Source: a virus (taxonomy: Duplodnaviria; Caudoviricetes). From it: a stretch of DNA of 64,000 nt. The notes beneath the pieces were generated by a model. It worked only from the letters and a program-made list of their open reading frames with translations. It did no database searches and was not told where the DNA came from. A program made the position numbers and the translations under genes. The stretch spans positions 20,135-84,134 of the IMG/VR virus record IMGVR_UViG_3300014205_000205; one strand, 5' to 3'. Shown piece after piece: positions 42,701-50,908 of this stretch. The number at the start of each line of letters is the position of its first letter. Position 1 is the stretch's first letter.

Positions 42701-43280
42701 CTGGGTAGTTCACGGTAGGCAGAACCCGTGCAAGCCCCGATTAGCCTTTATCCGTGGCTTGACTTACCGGCGGACGGGCGGGTCCGGTTGGCTAAGACCG
42801 TTGACCCCATTCCCCGCGGCGCTTAGGCCCTTAAATTCTCCCTTAACCTGCCTACCGTCAATTACCCAGGTCTCCTTGTTCCACAATGGCGTCGCAAGTA
42901 CAAAGCCCCTGCACTGGCATATTGGCATCCCTGATAACATACGCCCCCGCCTCTTCAGCGAGGGCGTCGTATAGTCTCAGGGATTCTGTCCCATTTACTC
43001 GTGCCAACCACCCCCTAGTTTGGCCGATGCTTCGTTGCCCGCGCTTCCCGTTGCTGGGGTTCTCGGGACGTGACCAGAAGGACGGCTTCCTCTGGGCTCG
43101 TGTGTTTGTGCCTGCCTTGTGGATGGCCTGTGAACCATTGTGGTCGGGCTGATGACATGCCTGCCCAAGTAGGCCCGCAGGTTCTGAATGGGCCAAAACA
43201 CTATGGTTTGGTCGGGCTGATTTCGCCATGGCCGGGGGCCGTAACGCCGCCCCTGTTCATGGGCTATAGGTCGCCAGCCG
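42701..43280 (-). ncRNA. Candidate large structured ncRNA downstream of tRNA-Gln
   Basis: About 580 nt with no convincing CDS, many stems, ends in a domain closed by a 20/22-bp inverted repeat. Confidence 0.4.
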
Positions 43281-43281
43281 T

Positions 43282-43357
43282 TGGCAGGGGCAGCAGGATT
43301 CGAACCTACGCATCCGGGAGTCAAAGTCCCGCGCCTTACCAACTTGGCTATACCCCT
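43282..43357 (-). tRNA. tRNA-Gln (anticodon TTG), CCA encoded
   Basis: AGGGGTA/TGCCCCT acceptor, TAGCCAAG..GGTAAGGC D arm, CGGGA-CTTTGAC-TCCCG anticodon arm, GGTTCGAATCC T arm. Confidence 0.97.
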
Positions 43358-43366
43358 GTGAAACTT

Positions 43367-43439
43367 TGGCTGGACAGTTACGGAGCCCGCCGAACTGAAT
43401 CGGTATGGTCCGCAGACCGAGCTTGCCGCCGACCGTCCA
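43367..43439 (-). ncRNA. 73-nt tRNA-like element ending G-CCA
   Basis: TGGACGGT/ACTGTCCA closing stem + GCCA, 9 nt upstream of tRNA-Gln; inner arms non-canonical. Confidence 0.4.
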
Positions 43440-43452
43440 AAGGTTGTTGCCA

Positions 43453-43740
43453 TTACTTACGTTCAACCGTCAGAACATCGCTGGTCCGATAGCCGCGCGC
43501 CTTGCGCTTGCCTTTTGGCTTGATGGCTACACGATAACTTGGTAACCAAACCGCTCCAGGTGTGGGGGTGTCATACGCTGACCATGTGCCCAAACCGCCA
43601 ACCTCGTAATATCCGTCGTGTACCGATGGAGCGGCAATGGTGCCCTCTCTGGTCCACGGTGTTTGGTCAAAGCATAACCCTGTCAGGACCACACGCTCCC
43701 CAGGCTTTAGGGCAAGTATCTCTTCGGGTGTGAGCACCAT
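43453..43740 (-). CDS. Hypothetical protein
   Basis: RBS GGAGGGGA. Confidence 0.6.
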   Translation of the reverse strand: MVLTPEEILALKPGERVVLTGLCFDQTPWTREGTIAAPSVHDGYYEVGGLGTWSAYDTPTPGAVWLPSYRVAIKPKGKRKARGYRTSDVLTVERK

Positions 43741-43755
43741 CCGTTCCCCTCCGCT

Positions 43756-43962
43756 CTACCGATACAGCCGCCGCCAATAGTTGTGCTCCCTGTCGTGCTC
43801 CTCTTTCCGCACTTGTGCCGCTTCAGGGGTGTTGTAATCCTTCAGGCGCTCCCGGACGTAATCGCGTATCCACTGAGGAGTATTCGCTGCCGCCTTTTCC
43901 ACCGCGGCCCATATCTTGCGCGCCTCGGGTGTGTCTGCTCTTGCTACTGGGCGACAGGGCAT
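43756..43962 (-). CDS. Hypothetical protein
   Basis: GGAGGAGG RBS. Confidence 0.6.
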   Translation of the reverse strand: MPCRPVARADTPEARKIWAAVEKAAANTPQWIRDYVRERLKDYNTPEAAQVRKEEHDREHNYWRRLYR

Positions 43963-44001
43963 AGTGGTGTCCCTCCTCCGCTCTACCTGGTAGGTATTGA
44001 C

Positions 44002-44457
44002 CTACCGAGCCGCCTCTATGTTCAGCGACCAACCGCGGTAAACGCGGTATTCACTGAGCGAACTCATGTGATAGCGCAAAGAGTCGCCATCAACCGTCTT
44101 AAAGGTGATTATGTACGACGGCACCATTTCGGCGATTCCGCGCCCGGTCAGGCATTGAACAGCCTCTTTGGTCTCGTCGGTTGGGTCTACCCGGCAGGAC
44201 CAGAACCCGTTCAAGTCTGTCCATCCGTGTTCGCGAATGCTGGTGACCCTTGCACGATACGGCGTGTAGCTCTTCACAAAGGTCTTGCCAACCGTTGTAA
44301 AGTGGCGTTGAAACACGGTCACGTTATCACCGCGACGAAGATGCGTCAGATCCTCATAGGCGAGTGGTTGGTCTGACTCGACCGCGGCGTCGGTGTTCCA
44401 TCGTTCTTCCGCCTTCGCCATGGCAGATAGCAGCGATTTGAGCGCAACCGTTTTCAT
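44002..44457 (-). CDS. Hypothetical protein
   Basis: AAGGAGGT RBS. Confidence 0.65.
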   Translation of the reverse strand: MKTVALKSLLSAMAKAEERWNTDAAVESDQPLAYEDLTHLRRGDNVTVFQRHFTTVGKTFVKSYTPYRARVTSIREHGWTDLNGFWSCRVDPTDETKEAVQCLTGRGIAEMVPSYIITFKTVDGDSLRYHMSSLSEYRVYRGWSLNIEAAR

Positions 44458-44788
44458 GGTCTACCTCCTTGGCGGTCTATGCCGCCTACCTAGCTCGGCC
44501 CGTCATTGTGCCCGTAAGTTCGTCATATCGCCTGATACCCATGGCTTCCATGGCCTTCAGCGTGCGCCGTTTGTACCACCCTGCGCCGTTATAGTAGCGA
44601 CTTCCTGATGCTCCAGCAGCCACCACACATTTCTACGCTCATAGAACCGACTGTGCAGTCTCATACGTCATGCCGCCTCTTCCTGAAGCCGCCGTAGTTC
44701 GTTCTTCTCCCACGTCCGGCCCTTCCGCTTCTGGCGATTGAGCCTGCACATCCGGCAAGAGCACGCGCCGTTCCACTTGGCAAGCCGC

Positions 44789-44990
44789 CCAAGTGTGCGA
44801 CCGTCCCATTGACACTCCCCGGACTAAAGTCCGAAAATTCTCAGGGAACCAGGCTATTGCCCAGATTGACCCCTGAACGGTGATGACCCACCGTGACCCC
44901 TTAAGAGAGCCGTTTAACCAGCACGTTTCAGGATGTTGATGGCTGCGTTATGGTCCCGGTCCAAACTGCATCCGCATTCGCATTTGTGCC
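44789..44990 (-). ncRNA. Predicted omegaRNA of element 1 with guide TGGGACGGTCGCACACTTGG (5' limit approximate)
   Basis: RE ends TCAA at 44809; flanking sequence forms guide by known TnpB architecture. Confidence 0.6.
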
Positions 44991-45984
44991 AGCGAACACC
45001 TAGCTTTTTGGGGACCAACTGACCGCAACCACTGCATTCCTGAGATGTGTTGTAGGGATTGACCTTGATGACCTTCCGTCCGGCTGTCGCCGCTTTCACT
45101 GACAAGAAGGTGAGAAATTGAGTCCAACCAGCATCTGCTGCGGTTCTTGCAGTACGCTTGTTTGCCAGCATGAACTTCGGGTTGATGTCTTCGTGATGGA
45201 TCTCAGCGTTCTCTTTGACTAGTTTCGTACTGACCTTGTGGTGCATGTCGGCCCGTTGATTGGCGATCTTCTCATAAAGCCGTTGGATGCGCCTTACGGC
45301 CTTCTTCCGGCGATTGCTCAACTTGTTCCGCTTCCGGGCCAGTGACCGATTCAGCCGCCGCAAATGCTTGAGTTTGCGCTTCAGGAACTTGGTATCACCA
45401 AGGGCCTCGCCTTCGCTAGTCGTCACCAGTTTGAGCGTCCCCATGTCGATTCCAATTGCCTTGTTGGTAGGCGGATACGCCAGTGCGGGCACGTTGTCGC
45501 ATGAGAAGCACACGAACCATTTTCCCGACCTAGACCTCTTGACAGTCACGGTTTTGATGTCGCCCGCGATCTCGCGTGACCACTTGACATTGACAGGACC
45601 GCAACCCCGAAGGCGAAGCCTTTCTTCCTCCAACTTCCACGAATTTTGCTTGAAGGTAATGGAGTTGTAGCGGTCCCGGCCTTGGAACTTCGGATAACCA
45701 CCGCCTTGAAAGAACTTTTGAAACGACTTGTCCAAGCGTTCGAGGACATCTTGCAGGGCTTGTGCGTCAACCTCTGCGCATTCTGGCAGGCACTTCTTCA
45801 AGTCGGGCAGTTCCTTCATCTGGTCGTACTTGCTGATTCTACGGCGCTGTTCCCGAGCAATCTGCCGCTGTTCCAGTCCGGCGTTGTAGAGCCTGCGACA
45901 CAACCACAGCCACCGATCAAGCGTCTGTTCTTGCGTCTTTGTCGGGTATATCCGAAACTTGAACGTCTTTCGCATCTTGTTCAC
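44914..45984 (-). CDS. tnpB: RNA-guided endonuclease TnpB
   Basis: FKFRIYPT, GIDMG (RuvC-I), HEDI (RuvC-II), CSGC..CECG Zn finger, DRDHNAA (RuvC-III). Confidence 0.95.
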   Translation of the reverse strand: MNKMRKTFKFRIYPTKTQEQTLDRWLWLCRRLYNAGLEQRQIAREQRRRISKYDQMKELPDLKKCLPECAEVDAQALQDVLERLDKSFQKFFQGGGYPKFQGRDRYNSITFKQNSWKLEEERLRLRGCGPVNVKWSREIAGDIKTVTVKRSRSGKWFVCFSCDNVPALAYPPTNKAIGIDMGTLKLVTTSEGEALGDTKFLKRKLKHLRRLNRSLARKRNKLSNRRKKAVRRIQRLYEKIANQRADMHHKVSTKLVKENAEIHHEDINPKFMLANKRTARTAADAGWTQFLTFLSVKAATAGRKVIKVNPYNTSQECSGCGQLVPKKLGVRWHKCECGCSLDRDHNAAINILKRAG

Positions 45985-46073
45985 CTCCTATCTATGTGAT
46001 TCCACACCGAATACGCATTCTCCTGCTACCCGTTCGGTGTGATTTCACTTATAATAGTTGCGAGGTGATAATG

Positions 46074-46274
46074 ATGCTCATAAATGCAGAGCAAGCCGCA
46101 AAGCTACTGAAAAGGCACCCTTCGTTACTGCGAAAGTGGGCCAAAGATGGAAAGGTGATTGGAATATTCAGGGTTGGTGTGGCCTGGGTTGCTGAGTTTG
46201 AAGCCTGGGAAGCGGCGGCTAGCGAGGTTCGGAAGCCGGGGCGAAAGCCTAAGTCGGCTTCACCCCCGGAATGA
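46074..46274 (+). CDS. Small excisionase/MerR-like HTH protein inside element 1
   Basis: LINAEQAAKLLKRHPSLLRKWAKDG; conserved in element 2. Confidence 0.8.
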   Translation: MLINAEQAAKLLKRHPSLLRKWAKDGKVIGIFRVGVAWVAEFEAWEAAASEVRKPGRKPKSASPPE

Positions 46275-46436
46275 ATTCCGGGGCTCTCACCGCGAGGTTA
46301 CTGTAGTAACCACTGGCCGCCAGGCGGGTGCCGACTTCGTAGTCCACACCACTGCACCATCGAGCGAATTGCCTGCGCCGTTTGGTTATGTAGCGTTCGC
46401 GGGCGTTACGGGTATGCAGGCGGCTATGCCTGAGCA

Positions 46437-46655
46437 TCACGACTCCACCTTGACGAATTCGTATTTCGTTCGGCATTCGTCTGCCGTGGCTTGTGATATG
46501 ACGTGACGCGGCACGACCACGCGGTTGCGACGCTTCACTTCGAGCGTGTAGACGCCATTGCAGAGTTCCAGGATAGTGAGTTGCGCCTCTTCGGGCTCCC
46601 CTTCGGAGTAGTGGCAGAATGTCCAGCGCTCCATTCGGGTCGCCTCCTTGGCCAA
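46437..46655 (-). CDS. Hypothetical protein
   Basis: Likely start MERWT with AAGGAGG RBS. Confidence 0.55.
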   Translation of the reverse strand: MAKEATRMERWTFCHYSEGEPEEAQLTILELCNGVYTLEVKRRNRVVVPRHVISQATADECRTKYEFVKVES

Positions 46656-46657
46656 CC

Positions 46658-46692
46658 AAAAAGGAGCCGACCACCCGCAGGTGAACGGCTCC
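46658..46692 (-). terminator. Intrinsic terminator after ArpU-associated promoter
   Basis: GGAGCCG..CACC-TGCG-GGTG..CGGCTCC then TTTTT. Confidence 0.8.
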
Positions 46693-46722
46693 CGTGTGTC
46701 AGTGTCAAGACTCTACACTGAG

Positions 46723-46755
46723 ACTATATCACGGAAAAGCGGTCCTGGAGTGCAT
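46723..46755 (-). promoter_or_regulatory. Candidate activator-dependent promoter
   Basis: ATGCAC-21 nt-TATAGT overlapping stop of ArpU-like gene; TGCAC repeated upstream. Confidence 0.5.
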
Positions 46756-47242
46756 GATTAGTGCAAACTTTGTTTTCGCCGATGAGGGCGAAGGCGAATT
46801 CGAGCAGGGCCTCATTCATGCGGTAAAAGGCTTCACGCCGCTCGACTCCCCGTCCCTCTACCCACACATCCATGGTGGGCCGCTTCTTGGTTGGCACCAT
46901 TACGTAGTCCTCGATGATGGCCCGCTGAACCGCATCCAAGCGCTCCTCCAGGACCATTTCCACCGCGCCTACCCATGCGTCCAGGTAGGCCAGTTCCTGC
47001 GTTTCCAGGATGCCGATGACCTTGTTCAAAGTGGGGTCGCCGACGTGTTCCGGGGCCCCTGGTTGTTGGCCCACCTGGGGGGATCGGTAGGACAGATAGT
47101 CCTCGGGGTCGCGGTCCTCGTATTTGGCTTGCAGGATGGATAGCCGGAGCTTGCGGAGTTGGTACAGACACAAGCTGAACTTAACCTCTTCGAGCTTGTC
47201 CCGGTACACGGTGTATCGGCCGACGCGAATCGTTCCGCTCAT
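46724..47242 (-). CDS. ArpU/RinA-like transcriptional regulator
   Basis: WVGAVEMVLEERLD..QRAII..Y...ERREAFYRMNEALLEFA; start MSGTIR. Confidence 0.65.
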   Translation of the reverse strand: MSGTIRVGRYTVYRDKLEEVKFSLCLYQLRKLRLSILQAKYEDRDPEDYLSYRSPQVGQQPGAPEHVGDPTLNKVIGILETQELAYLDAWVGAVEMVLEERLDAVQRAIIEDYVMVPTKKRPTMDVWVEGRGVERREAFYRMNEALLEFAFALIGENKVCTNHALQDRFSVI

Positions 47243-47361
47243 AAGGGCCTCCTTGTGGGGATAGGGGGTGCCGGTTTCCCGAGCCGCTGTCCCCCTCCCT
47301 GGAGAGGCGACGGTGCCCAATATGCGTTAGTCCCGCCCCGCAGAGCGGCGACCGAGCTGTC

Positions 47362-47523
47362 CTACTTGCCTGTATCCTCGGGCCGAATACGTGTTTCGGC
47401 GTAGGTGTCAGTAATGTGGCCCTTCACGACTTTCTGCACGAGGAGCCCGTCTTCTATCTGGGTGCCCACACTTATCGCTTTGGGTAGGTTCTTCTGGACT
47501 TCTTCGGCCTTCAGTTTAGCCAT
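47362..47523 (-). CDS. 53-aa small protein MAKLKAEEVQ... (below ORF-track cutoff)
   Basis: Manual translation, RBS present. Confidence 0.5.
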   Translation of the reverse strand: MAKLKAEEVQKNLPKAISVGTQIEDGLLVQKVVKGHITDTYAETRIRPEDTGK

Positions 47524-47533
47524 AGGGGGAGGT

Positions 47534-48037
47534 TCACTCCTTGGGTTGCGTCTCGGGCTCGTAGACGTTGCCGATTACCGCAAAGTCGTCTTCGCAGAAC
47601 CGCCACGTTGCGAATGGCGCCGTGTCCGACGTTCCTTCTTGACCGCCAATATGCCGTATCCAGTCGGCGTTCTTCACGCCACGTAGCCCATACGACATGG
47701 ATTCCGGCAGGTAGACGACTTCGCCAATGAGGTGACTCTCCGCTGCGTTGCCATCGAACCACCAATATGTGAAGTCCACGATGTCGCCTTCGTAGATTTC
47801 CGTGCCGTTGGTGTCTTTTAGTCCGGTGTACTGCCCGAGCGTCTTCGCATCAATCACGAAGGAGACGGTATCCCGCACGATGCAGTGGCGAGTCTCGCCG
47901 TCCAGGAAGAACCATCCCGCTTCTGGGGGAGCGCCAGAGTTCTCGTCGGTAAGTGGCGTCTGAAAGTATTGTCCATATTCCCAGCGGCCGCCATCAATGC
48001 GTTTACCACGGAACTTCAGTTCGCGTGCCACCTTCAT
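47534..48037 (-). CDS. YopX family protein
   Basis: RELKFRG, GQYTGLKD.NG.EIYEGDIV, VIGNVYE. Confidence 0.9.
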   Translation of the reverse strand: MKVARELKFRGKRIDGGRWEYGQYFQTPLTDENSGAPPEAGWFFLDGETRHCIVRDTVSFVIDAKTLGQYTGLKDTNGTEIYEGDIVDFTYWWFDGNAAESHLIGEVVYLPESMSYGLRGVKNADWIRHIGGQEGTSDTAPFATWRFCEDDFAVIGNVYEPETQPKE

Positions 48038-48487
48038 TCACTCCTTGAGGATAGCGACGGTCTCTTGTGGGGTCTCGGGGTGGAGCGCCCCGTGCAGCCG
48101 GTCGCGAATCTCCGCCAGTCTATCAGCGCGCCTTGTGCAGTCGTCTTCCAGATCAAATCTCTCGATCTTCTTCCATTTCCACGCCGCCATTCGCCAGTCG
48201 CTCACACGAAACACGACTTGTTCCGCGCACTCTCTGGCATCCTCTATAGAGATCATCACCATTCCTTTGGGTGGCTCCAGTAGGCGGAGTATCAACAACA
48301 CCTGTGCGCTCACCACCGGTGGGCAAGAATAGAACAACGGTTCTTGACCGGCCTGCAGTCGAAAGGCCGTTTCGTGGGCCATGCTCCATCTCTCCTCGGT
48401 TCCGGCGCGTTCCAGGGACAGGGCGAGGCCCAACTCGGTGAACGCCGCCCGAATCTCTGGGCTCGTCGGCAGTGTGATCGTCTTCAT
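48038..48487 (-). CDS. Hypothetical protein
   Basis: Packed ORF with RBS. Confidence 0.55.
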   Translation of the reverse strand: MKTITLPTSPEIRAAFTELGLALSLERAGTEERWSMAHETAFRLQAGQEPLFYSCPPVVSAQVLLILRLLEPPKGMVMISIEDARECAEQVVFRVSDWRMAAWKWKKIERFDLEDDCTRRADRLAEIRDRLHGALHPETPQETVAILKE

Positions 48488-48611
48488 GGCTTGTCCTCCC
48501 CCTTCCCGTGGTAGTGCTTATGGATGTGGATGGTGAAGAACTTCGGCCAGCCGTTGAAGATAAGCGCCACAAGGGCAGCCAAAACGAGAAAGCCCCAAAA
48601 ATCACTGTCAC

Positions 48612-49211
48612 TCATGGCTTCTCCTCCTCTTGCTGGCGGTTTTGCCTAATGTTTTGAAAGAGTGGCGATGCAACGTAGCATTGAGCGTCATTGATCAGCG
48701 CATGAGCGTGCTCTTGATAGGCCATAGTTACGTGCTCTGCGTCGAAGTTTTCGGCCGCCGCCATTGCCCCGAGGAGGGCTAGAATGCGCCCGGTCCTGCC
48801 GTTCGCCGCCGACTTGAGCCTTGCGCATTCAGAGGCGACTTTGCCAATCTCCTCCGCAAGCGCCTTGACCAACCTTCCGTGCTCTTCCTGATTGAGTGCT
48901 CCATTATAGGCTACGTAGCCCACCACCCCTCGGCCTTCCCAAACCGCGTCTCGGAGGTTCAGTTCTGCCGCTCGGGACTCGTCGTCATTCTCGATCCGGC
49001 CTGCTGGATAGCCGTGTGTGGCGTTCAGGCTAATCCCCGCCTGTTCGACGCGCCGCTTGATGCGAGCCTGCATGGCCGCTTTCCGTTTTCCTTCCCAACG
49101 GTATCCGCTATGGAGGCAGCTCTCCATATCGTTGAGGAGGTCAACCAGAAACCCAGCAGTTAGAGGGATGGTCGACTTCGCTTGGTCTTTGTTCACTGTG
49201 TACCTTGGCAT
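48612..49211 (-). CDS. Hypothetical protein
   Basis: AAGGAGG RBS. Confidence 0.55.
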   Translation of the reverse strand: MPRYTVNKDQAKSTIPLTAGFLVDLLNDMESCLHSGYRWEGKRKAAMQARIKRRVEQAGISLNATHGYPAGRIENDDESRAAELNLRDAVWEGRGVVGYVAYNGALNQEEHGRLVKALAEEIGKVASECARLKSAANGRTGRILALLGAMAAAENFDAEHVTMAYQEHAHALINDAQCYVASPLFQNIRQNRQQEEEKP

Positions 49212-49251
49212 TAGTGGTGCGGCCTCCTTGCTGGTGACAACCTAATCTCGT

Positions 49252-49707
49252 TCAAGACTTCTGCTCCTCTCCTCGGGGTGCCGTTGGGGGCTTGACTCCA
49301 AAACATTGCACAAACGATTCCAGTCGTCTCGCCGCCGCCTGCAAGTAAGGCGCTTCTTTGCCTACGCAGTCCGCCAAGGTGTCCAGGTTTGTGCGGAGCT
49401 TGCCCACCTCGGTTTCGAGCGCCTTTATGCGCTTTTCCTTGACGGCTATAGTGGCGATAAGGCGGGGGATTGCCTGCCGGGAGTGCGCCGCAAACGTGGT
49501 GTCAGCCTCGTGTTGCGCTTTCTCCGCCGCGTCGTAGCTTTGACCGAATAGCACTCCGTCGAAGCTCGCACCACGTGCCAAGAACAGCGTCCGCTCGGCC
49601 CCAGCGTATCCCCATTCAGCGGTCCACGGTCCCTTCGTGGCCTTCGCCTCGTATGCCGTGATCTCTGCCACCTCTTGATGGGAGAGGGGCTTGCACTCCT
49701 CGGTCAT
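49252..49707 (-). CDS. Ead/Ea22-like hypothetical protein
   Basis: KATKGPW...ADTTFAAHSRQAIPRLI pattern; start MTEECK. Confidence 0.6.
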   Translation of the reverse strand: MTEECKPLSHQEVAEITAYEAKATKGPWTAEWGYAGAERTLFLARGASFDGVLFGQSYDAAEKAQHEADTTFAAHSRQAIPRLIATIAVKEKRIKALETEVGKLRTNLDTLADCVGKEAPYLQAAARRLESFVQCFGVKPPTAPRGEEQKS

Positions 49708-50171
49708 GGCTTCACCCCATTCGTTAAGAGGTTTTCCACCCGTTGGATTGTCAGGGGATGCCCGTATAGGGTGTTCCCTGCTTGGATCAGGTCTTTCTTG
49801 GGCACTGTGCGATAGCCGTAGCGTTTCAGCCACTTCTTGTTGATGCGCGTCCGACGATGTGTACGCCGTTGGATGCGGTCCATCATATGGACGTTGGAAA
49901 TCAGGTTGAAGCCCGCCAACACAGAAGGACCGAAGCCTCCGATGCTCGGGCCTGCGAACTTAGCGGCACCTCTTTCGGTGGTCGCAGGGCGTGGCGTCTG
50001 CATCAAGCGTTGCGCCCGTTCGATGGCCTGCATCAGTCCTTCCTTGGTGAGGGGCTTGTCCGGAGCGGCGTTCGCCGTGCTGAACGTCCTGGTCCCGCCA
50101 AGGAACATGGCGTCAATCTCGGCGTCGATGGACTTGCGCATCTCCTCGGCGATTCGCTGCTCATCGGTCAT
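49704..50171 (-). CDS. Hypothetical protein
   Basis: RRTHRRTRINKKWLKRYG motif common in phage ORFans. Confidence 0.6.
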   Translation of the reverse strand: MTDEQRIAEEMRKSIDAEIDAMFLGGTRTFSTANAAPDKPLTKEGLMQAIERAQRLMQTPRPATTERGAAKFAGPSIGGFGPSVLAGFNLISNVHMMDRIQRRTHRRTRINKKWLKRYGYRTVPKKDLIQAGNTLYGHPLTIQRVENLLTNGVKP

Positions 50172-50521
50172 GGCTGCTTCTCCATCTCCCCCGCTGGATC
50201 CATCTGAGAAGTGCGCAGAACGTAGTCCACCAGTTTCCCCCCCGCTCGTGGAACCCCGTGGTACCCCACGCCGCCTTCCGTCGCGGCTAGCAGTTCCTCT
50301 GCCGATACCGTCATGGATCCGCCATTCTTCTGCACGATTGCCGTCAGGAGCCCCACCATTCGGAAGTGCTCTATCGGATCAATGATGGGCATTCTGGGTT
50401 TTGGCCATTTCACCGCTTGTCCACCTCCTTGGGCTCTGACTCGGCCGCCGTTGCGGATCGCCAGGGTTTCGTTGTGCAGAACAGACATCCAACCCAACCG
50501 AGCGTCACCCCGGTTAGCCAC
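50168..50521 (-). CDS. Hypothetical protein
   Basis: Overlap-coupled ORF. Confidence 0.45.
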   Translation of the reverse strand: MANRGDARLGWMSVLHNETLAIRNGGRVRAQGGGQAVKWPKPRMPIIDPIEHFRMVGLLTAIVQKNGGSMTVSAEELLAATEGGVGYHGVPRAGGKLVDYVLRTSQMDPAGEMEKQP

Positions 50522-50542
50522 ATGAGCAATGCGAACTCGAAG

Positions 50543-50908
50543 TCACTCACTGGGCTTCCCTCCCTCTTGGGGATTTAGAGCGGCATCCCCGAAATCCTGT
50601 ACCGCCTCGATCACGCCGTTGGTGATGTCGAAACTGTCCTTCTCGGGCGTGATGAGCCCGCGTATCCGGTCGTGGAATTCACTCAGTTGGCGGTGCTCAT
50701 CCAGGAGGAGTTGAAGGGCTTCGGCGGTCGCTTCGTCCGATGCCGCAACCGCCGCTTGTCGTTCGCGTTCTCCGGGGTAAGCCGCGTGCACTCCGCCAGC
50801 CACCTTGCGAGATAGCACTGCACCCTCTGCATACTCCTGTTGCACCACTTTGACCAATTCAATCGCCCGTTCCCGGCTCATTGGCTCTTTGGTCCGCTCT
50901 CCACTCAT
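50543..50908 (-). CDS. Hypothetical coiled-coil protein
   Basis: ATGA-coupled. Confidence 0.55.
   Translation of the reverse strand: MSGERTKEPMSRERAIELVKVVQQEYAEGAVLSRKVAGGVHAAYPGERERQAAVAASDEATAEALQLLLDEHRQLSEFHDRIRGLITPEKDSFDITNGVIEAVQDFGDAALNPQEGGKPSE

Larger units (their letters stand above)
44809..46292 (-). mobile_element. IS200/IS605-family TnpB-only element 1 (with divergent HTH gene)
   Basis: LE hairpin CCCCGGAATTCATTCCGGGG, RE GAAT..hairpin..GGGGAGTGTCAA, inserted after CTAC; shares ends with element 2. Confidence 0.9.
44668..46437 (-). pseudogene. Small Cys-containing phage gene interrupted by TnpB element 1
   Basis: Joining ...GGT TAC TAC to TGG GAC GGT... restores MLRHSRL...ASGYY|WDGRTLGRLAKWNGACSCRMC...EEAA-stop. 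Confidence 0.75.

Noticed and set aside
42858-43453. ORFs 42858..43229 and 42995..43453 as proteins
   Set aside because: Overlap the tRNA and stem-rich region; low-information composition; weak starts
44809-46292. IStron (group I intron plus IS) explanation for in-frame insertions
   Set aside because: LE to HTH gene distance is only tens of nucleotides; no room or motifs for a group I core
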